In this document: positions 7,489 through 16,347 of the stretch, in pieces
Position numbering within the stretch: position 1 is the stretch's first letter
Layout of the letters: each line of letters begins with the position of its first letter
Origin: a virus
Taxonomy: Duplodnaviria > Caudoviricetes
Direction: 5' to 3' (one strand)
IMG/VR virus record: IMGVR_UViG_3300021412_000007
Location: 1 to 25,549 of that record
DNA: 25,549 nucleotides
The notes under the pieces: model-generated
What the model was told of the DNA's origin: nothing
The model's database searches: none
Seen by the model: only the letters and a program-made list of their open reading frames with translations
Program-made: the position numbers and the translations under genes

Positions 7489-7608
7489 GGCGAATCGCGG
7501 AATTCTCTTAGCCCTGGCAGGGTTCCAGGGTAAGAGGCGAGTTCACGGTGGCCGTCGTGCTCCGGGGGAGCGCAGACCAGTTCCGGGGGAACTGAGAGCG
7601 ACCTGGTC
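7489..7608 (+). promoter_or_regulatory. Structured intergenic element (multi-hairpin RNA) upstream of the major capsid gene
   Basis: Stem CTCTTA-G-CCCTGG/CCAGGG-TAAGAG (7505-7536). Two hairpins with identical CGGGG loops: GTGCTC/GAGCGC (7557-7573) and CAGTTC/GAACTG (7578-7594). Confidence 0.6.
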
Positions 7609-7640
7609 AGCTTTCAACTTCCTGTCAAGGAGACACGTCT

Positions 7641-8804
7641 GTGGCAAGCAACACGATCACGAAGGTCATCCCCAAGATTCTCGCCCAGGGCATGATGGTC
7701 CTGCGGCAAAACTGCGTCGCCCCGCGACTCGTCGCTAACATGACGAGCTCCATCGCCGGCAAGAGAGGCAGCACCATCGACGTGCCAGTGCCGTCGGCGA
7801 TCACCGCGACCGACGTCACCCCAGCTGCCACAGCACCGGTCGCTGGCGCGCTCAACCCGGACTCCGTGCCGGTGGTGCTGGACAAGTGGAAGGAGGCAGC
7901 GTTCGACCTCTCAGACTCGGAGTTCGAGCAGGTGATGGACGGGACGATCCCGATGCAGGCGGAGGAGGCGATCAAGGCGATCTGCAACGCAGTGGACACG
8001 TCGATCCTCGCTCTGTACGTCCAGTTCTTCGGCTTCCACGGGACGGCTGGCACCACGCCGTTCGCCAACGTGGACACCGGCGTCTCGGACGCCGTCGGCA
8101 TCCGCAAGGTGCTGAACAACAACCTGGCGCCGATGGACCCGAGGAACGTGATCTTGAACCCAGACGCCGAGGCGAACGCGCTGTCGATGAAGCAGTTCGC
8201 CGACATGACGTTCAGTGGCTCGGTCGCCGCCATGCGCGACGGCCAGCTGAACCGCAAGCTCGGGATGGACTGGTGGATGAACCAGAACGTCCCAGTGCAC
8301 GTGCGCAACGCACTCGGTGCGGGAGCGCTGACGGTCAACGGTGTCAACGCGGCTGCCGCGACGACGGTGTCGATCGCCAAGGGTGCGGGCGCGAACTGGT
8401 CCGCCAAGAAGGGTGACCTGATCACCATCGCACACGGTGGCGCGACCGGGACGAAGCAGTACGTCGTCAACGCCGACGTCACAGTCGTGCAGGGCACGAA
8501 CACCAACGTCACGATCTACCCTGGGCTGGTCGTCGCGACAGTCGGCGCCGAGGCTGTCACGTCGATCGACACGCACACCGTGAACCTGGCGTTTCACCGC
8601 GACGCGATCGCGTTCGCCAACCGACCGCTGCTCACCGTCCCCGAGGGACTCGGCTCGCTGAGCCTGTCGCAGGTCGACCCGGTCAGTGGGCTCGCGCTGC
8701 GCATCGAGGTCACGCGAGAGTTCAAGCGCACGCGGTGGTCCTACGACTTCTTGTGGGGCTGCGCCGTGCCGCGACGCGAACTGGGAGCTCGGCTGCTCGG
8801 CTAG
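7641..8804 (+). CDS. Major capsid protein, P22 coat protein (gp5) family, HK97 fold
   Basis: AAGGAG SD at 7627-7632. Motifs KRGSTIDVPVP, NLAFHRDAIAFANRPL, SGLALRIEV, WSYDFLWG..PRRELGARL, and a beta-rich insertion domain. Confidence 0.92.
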   Translation: MASNTITKVIPKILAQGMMVLRQNCVAPRLVANMTSSIAGKRGSTIDVPVPSAITATDVTPAATAPVAGALNPDSVPVVLDKWKEAAFDLSDSEFEQVMDGTIPMQAEEAIKAICNAVDTSILALYVQFFGFHGTAGTTPFANVDTGVSDAVGIRKVLNNNLAPMDPRNVILNPDAEANALSMKQFADMTFSGSVAAMRDGQLNRKLGMDWWMNQNVPVHVRNALGAGALTVNGVNAAAATTVSIAKGAGANWSAKKGDLITIAHGGATGTKQYVVNADVTVVQGTNTNVTIYPGLVVATVGAEAVTSIDTHTVNLAFHRDAIAFANRPLLTVPEGLGSLSLSQVDPVSGLALRIEVTREFKRTRWSYDFLWGCAVPRRELGARLLG

Positions 8805-8814
8805 TAGCGACGAG

Positions 8815-8844
8815 AGGCAGTCTGGATGAGAGCTCGTCCTGCCT
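8815..8844 (+). terminator. Hairpin after the capsid gene (possible mRNA stabiliser or weak terminator; no U-tract)
   Basis: AGGCA..GGATGA-GAGC-TCGTCC-TGCCT inverted repeat directly after the capsid stop. Confidence 0.35.
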
Positions 8845-8852
8845 GGTGAGAT

Positions 8853-10937
8853 GTGGCACTGGGCAGGGCTTTACCGGAGTCGAAGGTCGTGGTAGCGGTC
8901 CCAACAGTCGTATACGTGGGCAGCTCGAATGTTCGTGGGCTGAACACCTCCGTGCTCCAGGCTGCTGGCGCCGAGTGGGAGCGTATCTTCGGGATTCCGT
9001 TCAGCCTGAGTGGGCAGGGATCGCCGATCACCACTCCTGGGCCTGGCTTCCCGATTCGTGGGACCATGCCAGCGGCTCGCATGTGGACTGCGAAGCTGCC
9101 CTACGCGGTCAAGCAGACCCGCTCGATCAGGGTTGGGGCTTCGTTCTCTGGGACGACGATCGAGTACACTGGGACCCACGTCGACGCGAAGAGGGACAGC
9201 TACGTCTTCGTCTCGAAGAACTCGAACGCAGGCGGCGGAGACCCTGGTGGCCAGGGCAACTTCCGCAAGGTGGTGAGCGACGTGAGCGGCGGGGGCAACG
9301 GGCCACACACGCTGACTGTGTCCCCTGCGTGGGATCCGGCAGTGCACGGCGACGGCGAGATGGAGTTCTTCGCCGACAGCTACACGATACTGGCGGTGTC
9401 CGCCGAACAGCTCACGCTGACCAAGACCGCAGAGACGCCCGACTGGACGACGAACCAGTTCCAGGGCAAGACACTGGTCGTCGTGAACACGGTTGGCGTG
9501 TCAGATGACAGGCTCGTGGTGTCGAACACGACGAACACCGTGACTGTGGACCTGGAGGTCGGGTCGGGGTTCGTCGCCGGTGACAGCCTCCACCTGATGC
9601 TTGGCGCTGGCGCTGCTCACACGATCGCAGAGCTGGCCGCCCACTCTGGAGCGTCGCTCAGTCCGCTGAAGGTCGAGCTGGACACCTCGCCGTTCCTCCG
9701 CACTGGCACCGACAGCAGCAACAACATCCACAACCAGCCTGGGCACCGCGCGAACGACTTGACGTTCAACGCGATGCCAGAGCTGATGAGACTCTTCAGG
9801 AGGAGGTACTCTGGCTCTATCTACGGGTTGTGCATGGGCCGCGACTCGGCCACCATCTCGCCGTACACGATCCTGCACGGCAGGCTGTTCGGCGGGTGGC
9901 AGCGCAGCACGACGCAGTTGGACTTCAACCCTAGCTCGCCGAACAGTTGTTTCGTGGCCATGGCGTCGGCGCTGTTGTCGATGCAGGTGCTGATGGCGCT
10001 AGAGGGTAACACGATGGACGTGGTCGCGTTCGTCCTGCTCCTGGCCGAGAACGACGCGCAGGTGCAGCTCTACCCCAAGATCGACGACATCGGCGACCAC
10101 TTCACCGTCTTCATGGGTGCCATGCGGACGCTACTCGCGAAGCCTACGATGCCGTTCGTGCTCGTCGGGCCGAGCTCTCTGGAGTGGCTCCCGCGACGAG
10201 ACGAGGTCTACACGCAGCTGGAGACCATAGAGGCCAAGGACGCCTGGTCCGGGGTGACGGACACGCGACCGCCGACGCTGCCTGTCGTCTACGTGACAGG
10301 CGAGAGCCCGCCCGTCCACTTAGACACGGCGACTCAGGTCAACGTGCTGCCGAAGGCCATCTTCGACACGTGGGACGACATCGTCCAGCGCGACGGCGAG
10401 CTGCCAGACGCTACGTCGTTCGTCGTCGAGGACGGCACCGCCAAGGTCGACGCGAACGCGCTGTGCACCGTCGAGTTCGCCGACGCGTACCTTCTGTCGC
10501 TGGAGGATCCGGCCGAGTGGCGCAGCGCGACGACCAAGGAGAAGCGAGATGCCATCCGCCGGATGTCGCGCTGGGTCAGCTTCAAGAAGTACTACCTGGG
10601 GGAGAAGGTCGAGCCAGACCAGAGCATGGCGTTTCCCAGGTTCAACCTCGTCGACGAGGACGGGTACGCAGTCGACAGTTTGAGCGTGCCGCTGCGCGTG
10701 CAGCAGGCGACAGCGTATGGTGCCTGCCGTATCCTCAAGGGCGACTGGGCTCCGTTCCCTGACGAGGAGCCGAACGTCGGGACGACCTCGTCGAGCACCA
10801 GCGTCGGCCCGATCAGCATCAGCGAGTCGTTCGCTGGCCCAAAGCAGACAAGCACGGAGGTCAAGCTGCCACTGGTCGACCAGCTGCTGTCCATCTTCGT
10901 CGCCCCGACCGTCGCAGTGAGGATAGGCCGTGGCTAG
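8853..10937 (+). CDS. Head-tail adaptor (DnaT-like phage adaptor domain at C-terminus) fused to an N-terminal SGNH/acetylesterase-like region
   Basis: The C-terminal 175 aa (FVVEDGTAKVDANALCTVEFADAY...YLGEKVEPDQSMAFPR...VPLRVQQATAYGA...SVGPISISESF) resembles the adaptor family found after capsid genes. The N-terminal part has YVGSSNVRG, LLAENDA and PVHL, resembling SGNH blocks I, III and V. Confidence 0.7.
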   Translation: MALGRALPESKVVVAVPTVVYVGSSNVRGLNTSVLQAAGAEWERIFGIPFSLSGQGSPITTPGPGFPIRGTMPAARMWTAKLPYAVKQTRSIRVGASFSGTTIEYTGTHVDAKRDSYVFVSKNSNAGGGDPGGQGNFRKVVSDVSGGGNGPHTLTVSPAWDPAVHGDGEMEFFADSYTILAVSAEQLTLTKTAETPDWTTNQFQGKTLVVVNTVGVSDDRLVVSNTTNTVTVDLEVGSGFVAGDSLHLMLGAGAAHTIAELAAHSGASLSPLKVELDTSPFLRTGTDSSNNIHNQPGHRANDLTFNAMPELMRLFRRRYSGSIYGLCMGRDSATISPYTILHGRLFGGWQRSTTQLDFNPSSPNSCFVAMASALLSMQVLMALEGNTMDVVAFVLLLAENDAQVQLYPKIDDIGDHFTVFMGAMRTLLAKPTMPFVLVGPSSLEWLPRRDEVYTQLETIEAKDAWSGVTDTRPPTLPVVYVTGESPPVHLDTATQVNVLPKAIFDTWDDIVQRDGELPDATSFVVEDGTAKVDANALCTVEFADAYLLSLEDPAEWRSATTKEKRDAIRRMSRWVSFKKYYLGEKVEPDQSMAFPRFNLVDEDGYAVDSLSVPLRVQQATAYGACRILKGDWAPFPDEEPNVGTTSSSTSVGPISISESFAGPKQTSTEVKLPLVDQLLSIFVAPTVAVRIGRG

Positions 10938-11280
10938 TGCACAGCAGGTGTCGCTGAAGGCACTGAGTGCCATCCAGAAGGTCGGTGTTGTCGCGACACT
11001 TGTGGACCCGCAGGCGACGTACGCGACCAGCGGGATGGTGGTGGAGGGACCTGTGGAGTACGCGGTGTGGAGCAGTCCGCTCGTCGACGAGTCGAAGAGG
11101 TGGCTCGACTCCAGCATCACCGCGACCGCCTACCTGTCCGCCTACAACCTCCCGGTGCGTCCACAGCCTGGCTGGCGACTGAGACACGGTGGCCGCACGT
11201 TCGTCGTCGTTGCTGCCTTCCCGTACTCGTACGTCGACACCATCATCAGCTGGCGGCTCGACCTGGGCGAGGTGGCTTGA
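10930..11280 (+). CDS. Putative head closure / head-tail joining protein
   Basis: 116 aa, beta-rich, with the pattern PQPGWRLRHGGRTFVVV; lies between adaptor and gp10-like gene. Confidence 0.65.
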   Translation: MASAQQVSLKALSAIQKVGVVATLVDPQATYATSGMVVEGPVEYAVWSSPLVDESKRWLDSSITATAYLSAYNLPVRPQPGWRLRHGGRTFVVVAAFPYSYVDTIISWRLDLGEVA

Positions 11281-11732
11281 TGGCCAACGTCCAGCAGTTC
11301 AACGCGGAGCTGGCAGCGTGGATGGAGCGCGTCGTGATGCCAGCTGCTGCCCAGATGCAGCGCGACGTCCTTCGCGACACTGCGTATGGTTTCGTCGACG
11401 GGAATCCTGTGGGCGACCCGCGCTTCTGGGTCAGTCAGCGTCCGAAGCCAGGCTACGTTGGTGGGCACTCGAAGCGCAACTGGCGCGTCTACCTGCACCG
11501 CTCCTACGAGGGTGGCGAGCGCAACGGTGTGGATCCGACGGGGCAGCTTGTCAAGTCCGAGATCGACGTTGTCGTCGGGCGCATCGGTGCGAAGCCAGTC
11601 GACTTCGTCACCATCAGCAATCCGGTCGAGTACATGGAGCGGCTGGCCAACGGCTGGAGCAAGCAGGCGCCTGCCGGCTGGATCGAGGCTGTCGTCGCGA
11701 GGGTGACCCAGAAGTACGCGAGGGTCAAGTGA
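11280..11732 (+). CDS. HK97 gp10-like tail completion / neck protein
   Basis: ATG overlaps the previous TGA. Motifs NPVG...GYVGGHSKRNW, ISNPVEYMERLANGWSKQAPAGWI. Confidence 0.85.
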   Translation: MANVQQFNAELAAWMERVVMPAAAQMQRDVLRDTAYGFVDGNPVGDPRFWVSQRPKPGYVGGHSKRNWRVYLHRSYEGGERNGVDPTGQLVKSEIDVVVGRIGAKPVDFVTISNPVEYMERLANGWSKQAPAGWIEAVVARVTQKYARVK

Positions 11733-12142
11733 CACAGGCTGCCGTCTTCGAGGCGATCAGGGCGAGGTTCAAGACGACTGTCAGCGATCCGCTCGCGCTG
11801 CTCACCATCCACGACAACGCACCAGAGCCTGCGACTCCGACGGCGTCGTGGGTCAGGTTCTCCGTGTCGATCGACAGCAACCAGCAGGTCAGCACCGGCA
11901 ACGTGGGTGGTAGGCGTTTCAGGTCGACGGGGACGTGCATGGTGCAGGTCATGGTGCCGCTGGCCCGTGGCGACGCGGCAGCGCTCGCGATCGCCAACAC
12001 GATCGTCGCGGCGTTCCGAAACGTCAGCATCGCGCCGCAGATCACGTTCATGGGCGTGGGCGTGGTCGGGACGGCCGATCAAGACGCGGCTTGGTGTCGT
12101 CGGCGCGTGGTCATTCCGTTCAGGGCCGACGAGCTCGGCTGA
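11729..12142 (+). CDS. Tail terminator-like protein (DUF4128 type)
   Basis: GTGA overlap. Motifs HDNAPEP, WVRFSV, RFRSTGTCMVQVMVPLARGD, VVIPFRAD; directly upstream of the tail tube gene. Confidence 0.8.
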   Translation: MTQAAVFEAIRARFKTTVSDPLALLTIHDNAPEPATPTASWVRFSVSIDSNQQVSTGNVGGRRFRSTGTCMVQVMVPLARGDAAALAIANTIVAAFRNVSIAPQITFMGVGVVGTADQDAAWCRRRVVIPFRADELG

Positions 12143-12155
12143 GAGGGCACAAACT

Positions 12156-13307
12156 ATGAGCGAGTCCAACAGTGTGAGATTCAGCCTGGTGCAGCGGACG
12201 AGCTTCGCTATGCCTGCGGACCTGAACATGCTGGTCCTCCCTGGGACCGGCCAGACGCTGCGGAACAACGTCGGCTACGCGCAGTCGCAGACGTTGCGGA
12301 CCGACGCCAACATCCAGGACCTAGTACGGCTGTCGCTCTCTACTGGCGGTGGCTATCCGGTGGAGATGCAGTTCCCGGTGGTAAACGAGGCGCTGTGGTT
12401 CCTGCTCCGTGCGGTGCTGCGTTCGACGGAGACCGCGCAGGCGTCGACCACGTCGTGCACGACGGTGGCCGCGACGAAGACGATCACGCGAGCCGCTGGG
12501 TCGTTCGTCTCCGACGGCTACGAGGTCGGAGACATCGTCAAGAACAGCTTGGCGACATCACCTGGCGACAACGGGTTCTTCAAGCTGACCGTGGTCGCAG
12601 CGCTGACGTTGACGGTGGAGGCCACGGCCAACTTCACCGGCTCGGTCGGCAACGTGACCGTGGTTCGTGGCGCTCGCATGAAGAACGGGACGGAGCGTTT
12701 CTTCTTCGACGGCGAGATCGGGCGTCTCGACGTGGCTCTGTTCGAGCTGTTCCGGAACCTGGTAGTCGACAGCATGTCGCTCACCATCAGCGACAACGCG
12801 ATCACGACGGCAGGCTTTAGTTTCCAGGGCATCGGCAGCGAGCGGAGTGCTTCGGCTAGCTTGTGTCTGGGTCACGCTGACCCGACGGTCGGTTCGATCC
12901 TCGACGCGCTCGGCGTGCCTGTGTTCAACGTCGGCGGTTTGCCGTACTCGGCGAAGAGCATCGGCTTTAGCATCGCGAACAACATCCGCGCGAGGACGCA
13001 GGTCGGCACGCTTGGCGCGACGGCGTTCGCGTGGGGCGCGTTCACCGTGACGACCCGCAGCTCGTCCTACATGGCCAACTTCACGGAGATCAGCAACTAC
13101 ACCGGCAACGTGCCGACGGACATGTGGTTCGTAATGCAGAACCCGCTGTCACAGGCGCTGTCGTTCTCCTTCCCGCAGCACAAGTGGTCGGACCTCGCGG
13201 CCGACACGCGAGGTCTCAACCAGGACGACTACCTCGACGGTAGCGGGCAGGCGATCCTCGATCCGGTCGAGCTCTGCACCATGCGGGTGCAGCGGTGGGT
13301 GGCGTGA
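12156..13307 (+). CDS. Tail tube (major tail) protein, Phage_tube_2-like, with a beta insertion domain
   Basis: ATG 12156 after GAGAGG. Motifs SQTLRTDANIQDL..GGGYPVEM, VDSMSLTI, FSFPQHKWS; precedes the chaperone and tape measure genes. Confidence 0.85.
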   Translation: MSESNSVRFSLVQRTSFAMPADLNMLVLPGTGQTLRNNVGYAQSQTLRTDANIQDLVRLSLSTGGGYPVEMQFPVVNEALWFLLRAVLRSTETAQASTTSCTTVAATKTITRAAGSFVSDGYEVGDIVKNSLATSPGDNGFFKLTVVAALTLTVEATANFTGSVGNVTVVRGARMKNGTERFFFDGEIGRLDVALFELFRNLVVDSMSLTISDNAITTAGFSFQGIGSERSASASLCLGHADPTVGSILDALGVPVFNVGGLPYSAKSIGFSIANNIRARTQVGTLGATAFAWGAFTVTTRSSSYMANFTEISNYTGNVPTDMWFVMQNPLSQALSFSFPQHKWSDLAADTRGLNQDDYLDGSGQAILDPVELCTMRVQRWVA

Positions 13308-13756
13308 TGTTCGACCTGTCGACAGTAGAGGCTGACCCGAAGAAGCTGAGCGGTGGCTCGTACTTCGAGATCTGGCGCGAGCCGGACGCTTCGATCAGTG
13401 GCAAGCCGGTCTCCGAGCCACCTGCTGACAAGCCGTGGGTGCTGGTGGTGCCGTTCGGCATCGCGTACGAGCGCGCGCTCGACGAGGCTCGCAGACCGTT
13501 CTCCGAACGGCTCAGGACCAGAAGCGTGACCGACGAGGACTTGCGCAAGATCCAGGGGCAGGCTCTCGGGCGCACGACGTTCCGTGGGTGCGGGAACCTC
13601 GCAGTCAAGGGCGAGACTGTCACGTGGAGCGAGGCGAAGGCCGTCGAACTGATGACGGAGGAGCGGTGGATCCGGCTGCGCGAGTTTGTGGTCTGGGCGG
13701 CTGGTAACCGCGCAGCGTCGGCCGCGCAAGAGGAGGAGCAGGCAAAGGGAAACTGA
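13307..13756 (+). CDS. Tail assembly chaperone (lambda gpG analogue)
   Basis: TGATG overlap; lies between tube and tape measure; ends ...AAG GGA AAC TGA. Confidence 0.85.
   Translation: MFDLSTVEADPKKLSGGSYFEIWREPDASISGKPVSEPPADKPWVLVVPFGIAYERALDEARRPFSERLRTRSVTDEDLRKIQGQALGRTTFRGCGNLAVKGETVTWSEAKAVELMTEERWIRLREFVVWAAGNRAASAAQEEEQAKGN
13747..13753 (+). promoter_or_regulatory. -1 programmed ribosomal frameshift slippery site G GGA AAC
   Basis: In-frame X XXY YYZ heptamer right before the chaperone stop; the -1 frame is open to 14181. Confidence 0.85.
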
Positions 13757-14181
13757 CTGCGCGTCTGGCGTGGGTGCTGCGCTACCCGCCAGACGAGCGC
13801 AAGAGGATGGAGAAAGAGGCGCAGCTGCGAAGAGCGAGAGGCGCGCCACCGGTCAAGAACTCGGTGGACGAGCCAGCAGACGTGTTCGAGGACCTGAGAC
13901 ACATATGGGACGCGTGGTGGTCAGATCTTGGCGACGGGCGAAGCATCGGCATGGCGATGTCGGGACTGTCGTGGACGGACATGTCCACGTGGTGCGAGGA
14001 TCACGGCGTCTACTCGGAGGAGCGGCTGAGGTGCATCAGGCTCTTCCGCGCGATGGACAGCGTGGCTCTGTCGCACTGGAACACCAGGAAACCTTCGCCA
14101 CCGAAACCGGAGGTGCCAGATGCCAGTCCTAGAGCTGGTGATGGACAGCACAGGCCTGGAAAGAGGCCGGCAGCAGGCTGA
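13747..14181 (+). CDS. Frameshift extension of the tail chaperone (gpGT analogue; full product 13307-14181)
   Basis: The -1 frame reads GKLTARLAWVLRYPP...AWWSDLGDGRSIGMAMSGLSWTDMSTWC...RLFRAMD and has no evident SD of its own. Confidence 0.8.
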   Translation, partial: GKLTARLAWVLRYPPDERKRMEKEAQLRRARGAPPVKNSVDEPADVFEDLRHIWDAWWSDLGDGRSIGMAMSGLSWTDMSTWCEDHGVYSEERLRCIRLFRAMDSVALSHWNTRKPSPPKPEVPDASPRAGDGQHRPGKRPAAG

Positions 14182-15397
14182 GGCAGCGCTCAAGGGCGTG
14201 CAGACGCAGGCCACCGCGACGCAGTCTAGCCTGACGACGGTTGGTGGTGGGCTCCGCAACACGTTCCAGGCGGTCCAGGGTGTCTCGCAGGTCGGGCAGG
14301 GGATCAACTCGACGGCGACGGCGTTCGCGAGCCTCAACCTGTCGATGGGCGCGTTCGCCGCGTCCCGCACGCTGCTCGAGATCGGCAAGACGGCGCAGGA
14401 CTTCCAGCAGATGGCCGGAGTGACGAAGGTAGTAACGACTGACATCTACGGGATGACGACGGCGACGACGAAGGCAGCGTCTGGGTGGTCACTCCTTGGG
14501 GCGGCAGTGCGAACTCACCCACTGCTCGCGATAGCCACTGTGCTCGGGACGGTCGCTAGTCTCATGGCACTCTTTGGGAGCAACACGAAGGAGGCAGCTA
14601 CAGAGTTTGACAAGCTCAGCGAGTCAATGAGCAAGATCCGGATTGACGAGAAGACCCAGCGGTTTCTCGGGTTGCCATCCGCTCCGTCAACGGGATCAGA
14701 GGCCAAGCTGGTGTACGACGCCCTTACACTGCTCTTGAAAACAGGGCCAGGAACAACGACGCAGCCGACGACGTATAGCCTCGCACAAGCGCAGGACATA
14801 TTTGGGAAGCAGAGCCGTGGTGGCTTCGCGACAGAGCTGCAACAGTACGTGCCGAACTTAGGTCAAGGCGTGCGTGAGAGCGGTGGCAGCCTGGGCGACG
14901 TTCAGATCCCTTACAGCGCATTGACGGACTACGCTCGCGATTCGTACTTGAGGTTTCAGCGTCAGGCGCAAGCGACTGGGGTCCGTCAGGATCCGTTCTC
15001 TGTCGTGCCTCCCGGCTCTTACACCTTCGGCACGCCAGACCCGTATGGTCTTCGACCGCCAGGAGCGACCGGTCGCGGTGACTACGTGTCAATCTCGCCG
15101 ACGCAGCAGGGCGAGGTCGACGCTGAGAGGCGGGCAGCCTACAATCAGCAAGTAATCGACGCCATGGAGAAGGCGGCAGCATATGCCGGCCAGATAGGAT
15201 CGTCGCTCGGCGCTGCCGTGTTCGACGTGGCGGCTGGGATCCAGAACTGGCGGCAGGCGCTGCTGAGCATCGTGAGCAGCTTCGCCAGGCAGGGACTCAG
15301 CAGCCTCGGATCGAGTCTCTTCGAGAGCACGACGAGGCAGCTCCAGGGGAACACCGCACCGACGTCTGTCAACCCGAACGCGACAGTGCTGTCATGA
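14120..15397 (+). CDS. Tape measure protein (short, 425 aa)
   Basis: GGAGGT SD; Ala/Gly/Thr/Gln-rich helical sequence with a hydrophobic segment (HPLLAIATVLGTVASLMALF); lies between the chaperones and the distal tail gene. Confidence 0.8.
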   Translation: MPVLELVMDSTGLERGRQQAEAALKGVQTQATATQSSLTTVGGGLRNTFQAVQGVSQVGQGINSTATAFASLNLSMGAFAASRTLLEIGKTAQDFQQMAGVTKVVTTDIYGMTTATTKAASGWSLLGAAVRTHPLLAIATVLGTVASLMALFGSNTKEAATEFDKLSESMSKIRIDEKTQRFLGLPSAPSTGSEAKLVYDALTLLLKTGPGTTTQPTTYSLAQAQDIFGKQSRGGFATELQQYVPNLGQGVRESGGSLGDVQIPYSALTDYARDSYLRFQRQAQATGVRQDPFSVVPPGSYTFGTPDPYGLRPPGATGRGDYVSISPTQQGEVDAERRAAYNQQVIDAMEKAAAYAGQIGSSLGAAVFDVAAGIQNWRQALLSIVSSFARQGLSSLGSSLFESTTRQLQGNTAPTSVNPNATVLS

Positions 15398-16347
15398 GCT
15401 TTCACGACGTCGTCCTCCCACCAGGGATCCAGTATGGCAGCGGTTCTGGTGCTGGCTTCTCCACCATCGTGCAGGAGACGGCGAGCGGGCACGAGGTGCG
15501 AATCTCGCGCCAGTCGCAGGGTCGACACACGCTCCGGCTCGTGAAGGCGCTGCAGACCAGGGCCGAGGCGAAGGCGCTCAAGACCTTCGCGCTGGAGCGA
15601 CGTGGTGCGCTGCACTCGTTCAAGGCTACAGACGTGAGCGACTTCACGACTCACGCGGACGGCGAGAGCGCGCACGACGGTGGGGATGTGGTCATCGGGT
15701 CTGGCGACGGCGTGAAGACGGGACCGTTCCAGCTGCTCAAGACCTACGGCACCGTCAACCCGTATGTCAGGACGATCACGCTGCCGGTACCAGGTACGGT
15801 GCTCGCTAGGCTCGACGCTGCGCCGACGACCGCGTTCACCGTCAACGGTCAGGGTCAGATCACCTTCGACACTGCGCCGGCCAACGGGGTCCTGATCACG
15901 GCTGGGTGCCAGTTCTACGTGCCTGTGCGGTTCAGTCTCGCGTTCGACCAGTGGGCTGGGTTGCAGGCCGACGCTTTTGACACCTGGAGCCTGGGGGACA
16001 TGCAGGTCGTCGAGGTTCTCGACGAGGTGCAGAACCCGGAGAGACTGGACTCGAACGGCGGTCGCGACTACGGTGTCGTGTCCGCTAGCTTCAGGATCGC
16101 CTACAACGACGGGAAGTTTCACCACCTGAACCCGTCAGTGGCCATCAGCCTGTTCTTGCCACCGTCGGCCGGCATCCCCGGAGGTGCTAGCATCTTCAGG
16201 GTGTCGACCTACATCGGTGCGGCAGGTAGTGTGCAGGTCAGAGACGACGCTGGGACTGCCATCGGCTCTACCCTGTCTGCTGGGACGGTGAGAGATCTCG
16301 ACCTCGCCATCAACGCGTCTGGTGGGGCGACGTGGGTGCTCGGATGA
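15394..16347 (+). CDS. Distal tail protein, DUF2460 (GTA g12-like), with about 100 aa C-terminal extension
   Basis: Motifs MSFHDVVLP..IQYGS..GFSTIV..ASGHEVR, RRGALHSF..D..DF, IGSGDG...FQLLKTY, RTITLPVPGTV, ITAGCQFYVPVRF. Confidence 0.9.
   Translation: MSFHDVVLPPGIQYGSGSGAGFSTIVQETASGHEVRISRQSQGRHTLRLVKALQTRAEAKALKTFALERRGALHSFKATDVSDFTTHADGESAHDGGDVVIGSGDGVKTGPFQLLKTYGTVNPYVRTITLPVPGTVLARLDAAPTTAFTVNGQGQITFDTAPANGVLITAGCQFYVPVRFSLAFDQWAGLQADAFDTWSLGDMQVVEVLDEVQNPERLDSNGGRDYGVVSASFRIAYNDGKFHHLNPSVAISLFLPPSAGIPGGASIFRVSTYIGAAGSVQVRDDAGTAIGSTLSAGTVRDLDLAINASGGATWVLG

Noticed and set aside
8805-8852. CTGGATGAG resembling a hammerhead ribozyme core
   Set aside because: The core should be CUGANGA with a downstream GAAA; neither is present. 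Treated as a simple hairpin.
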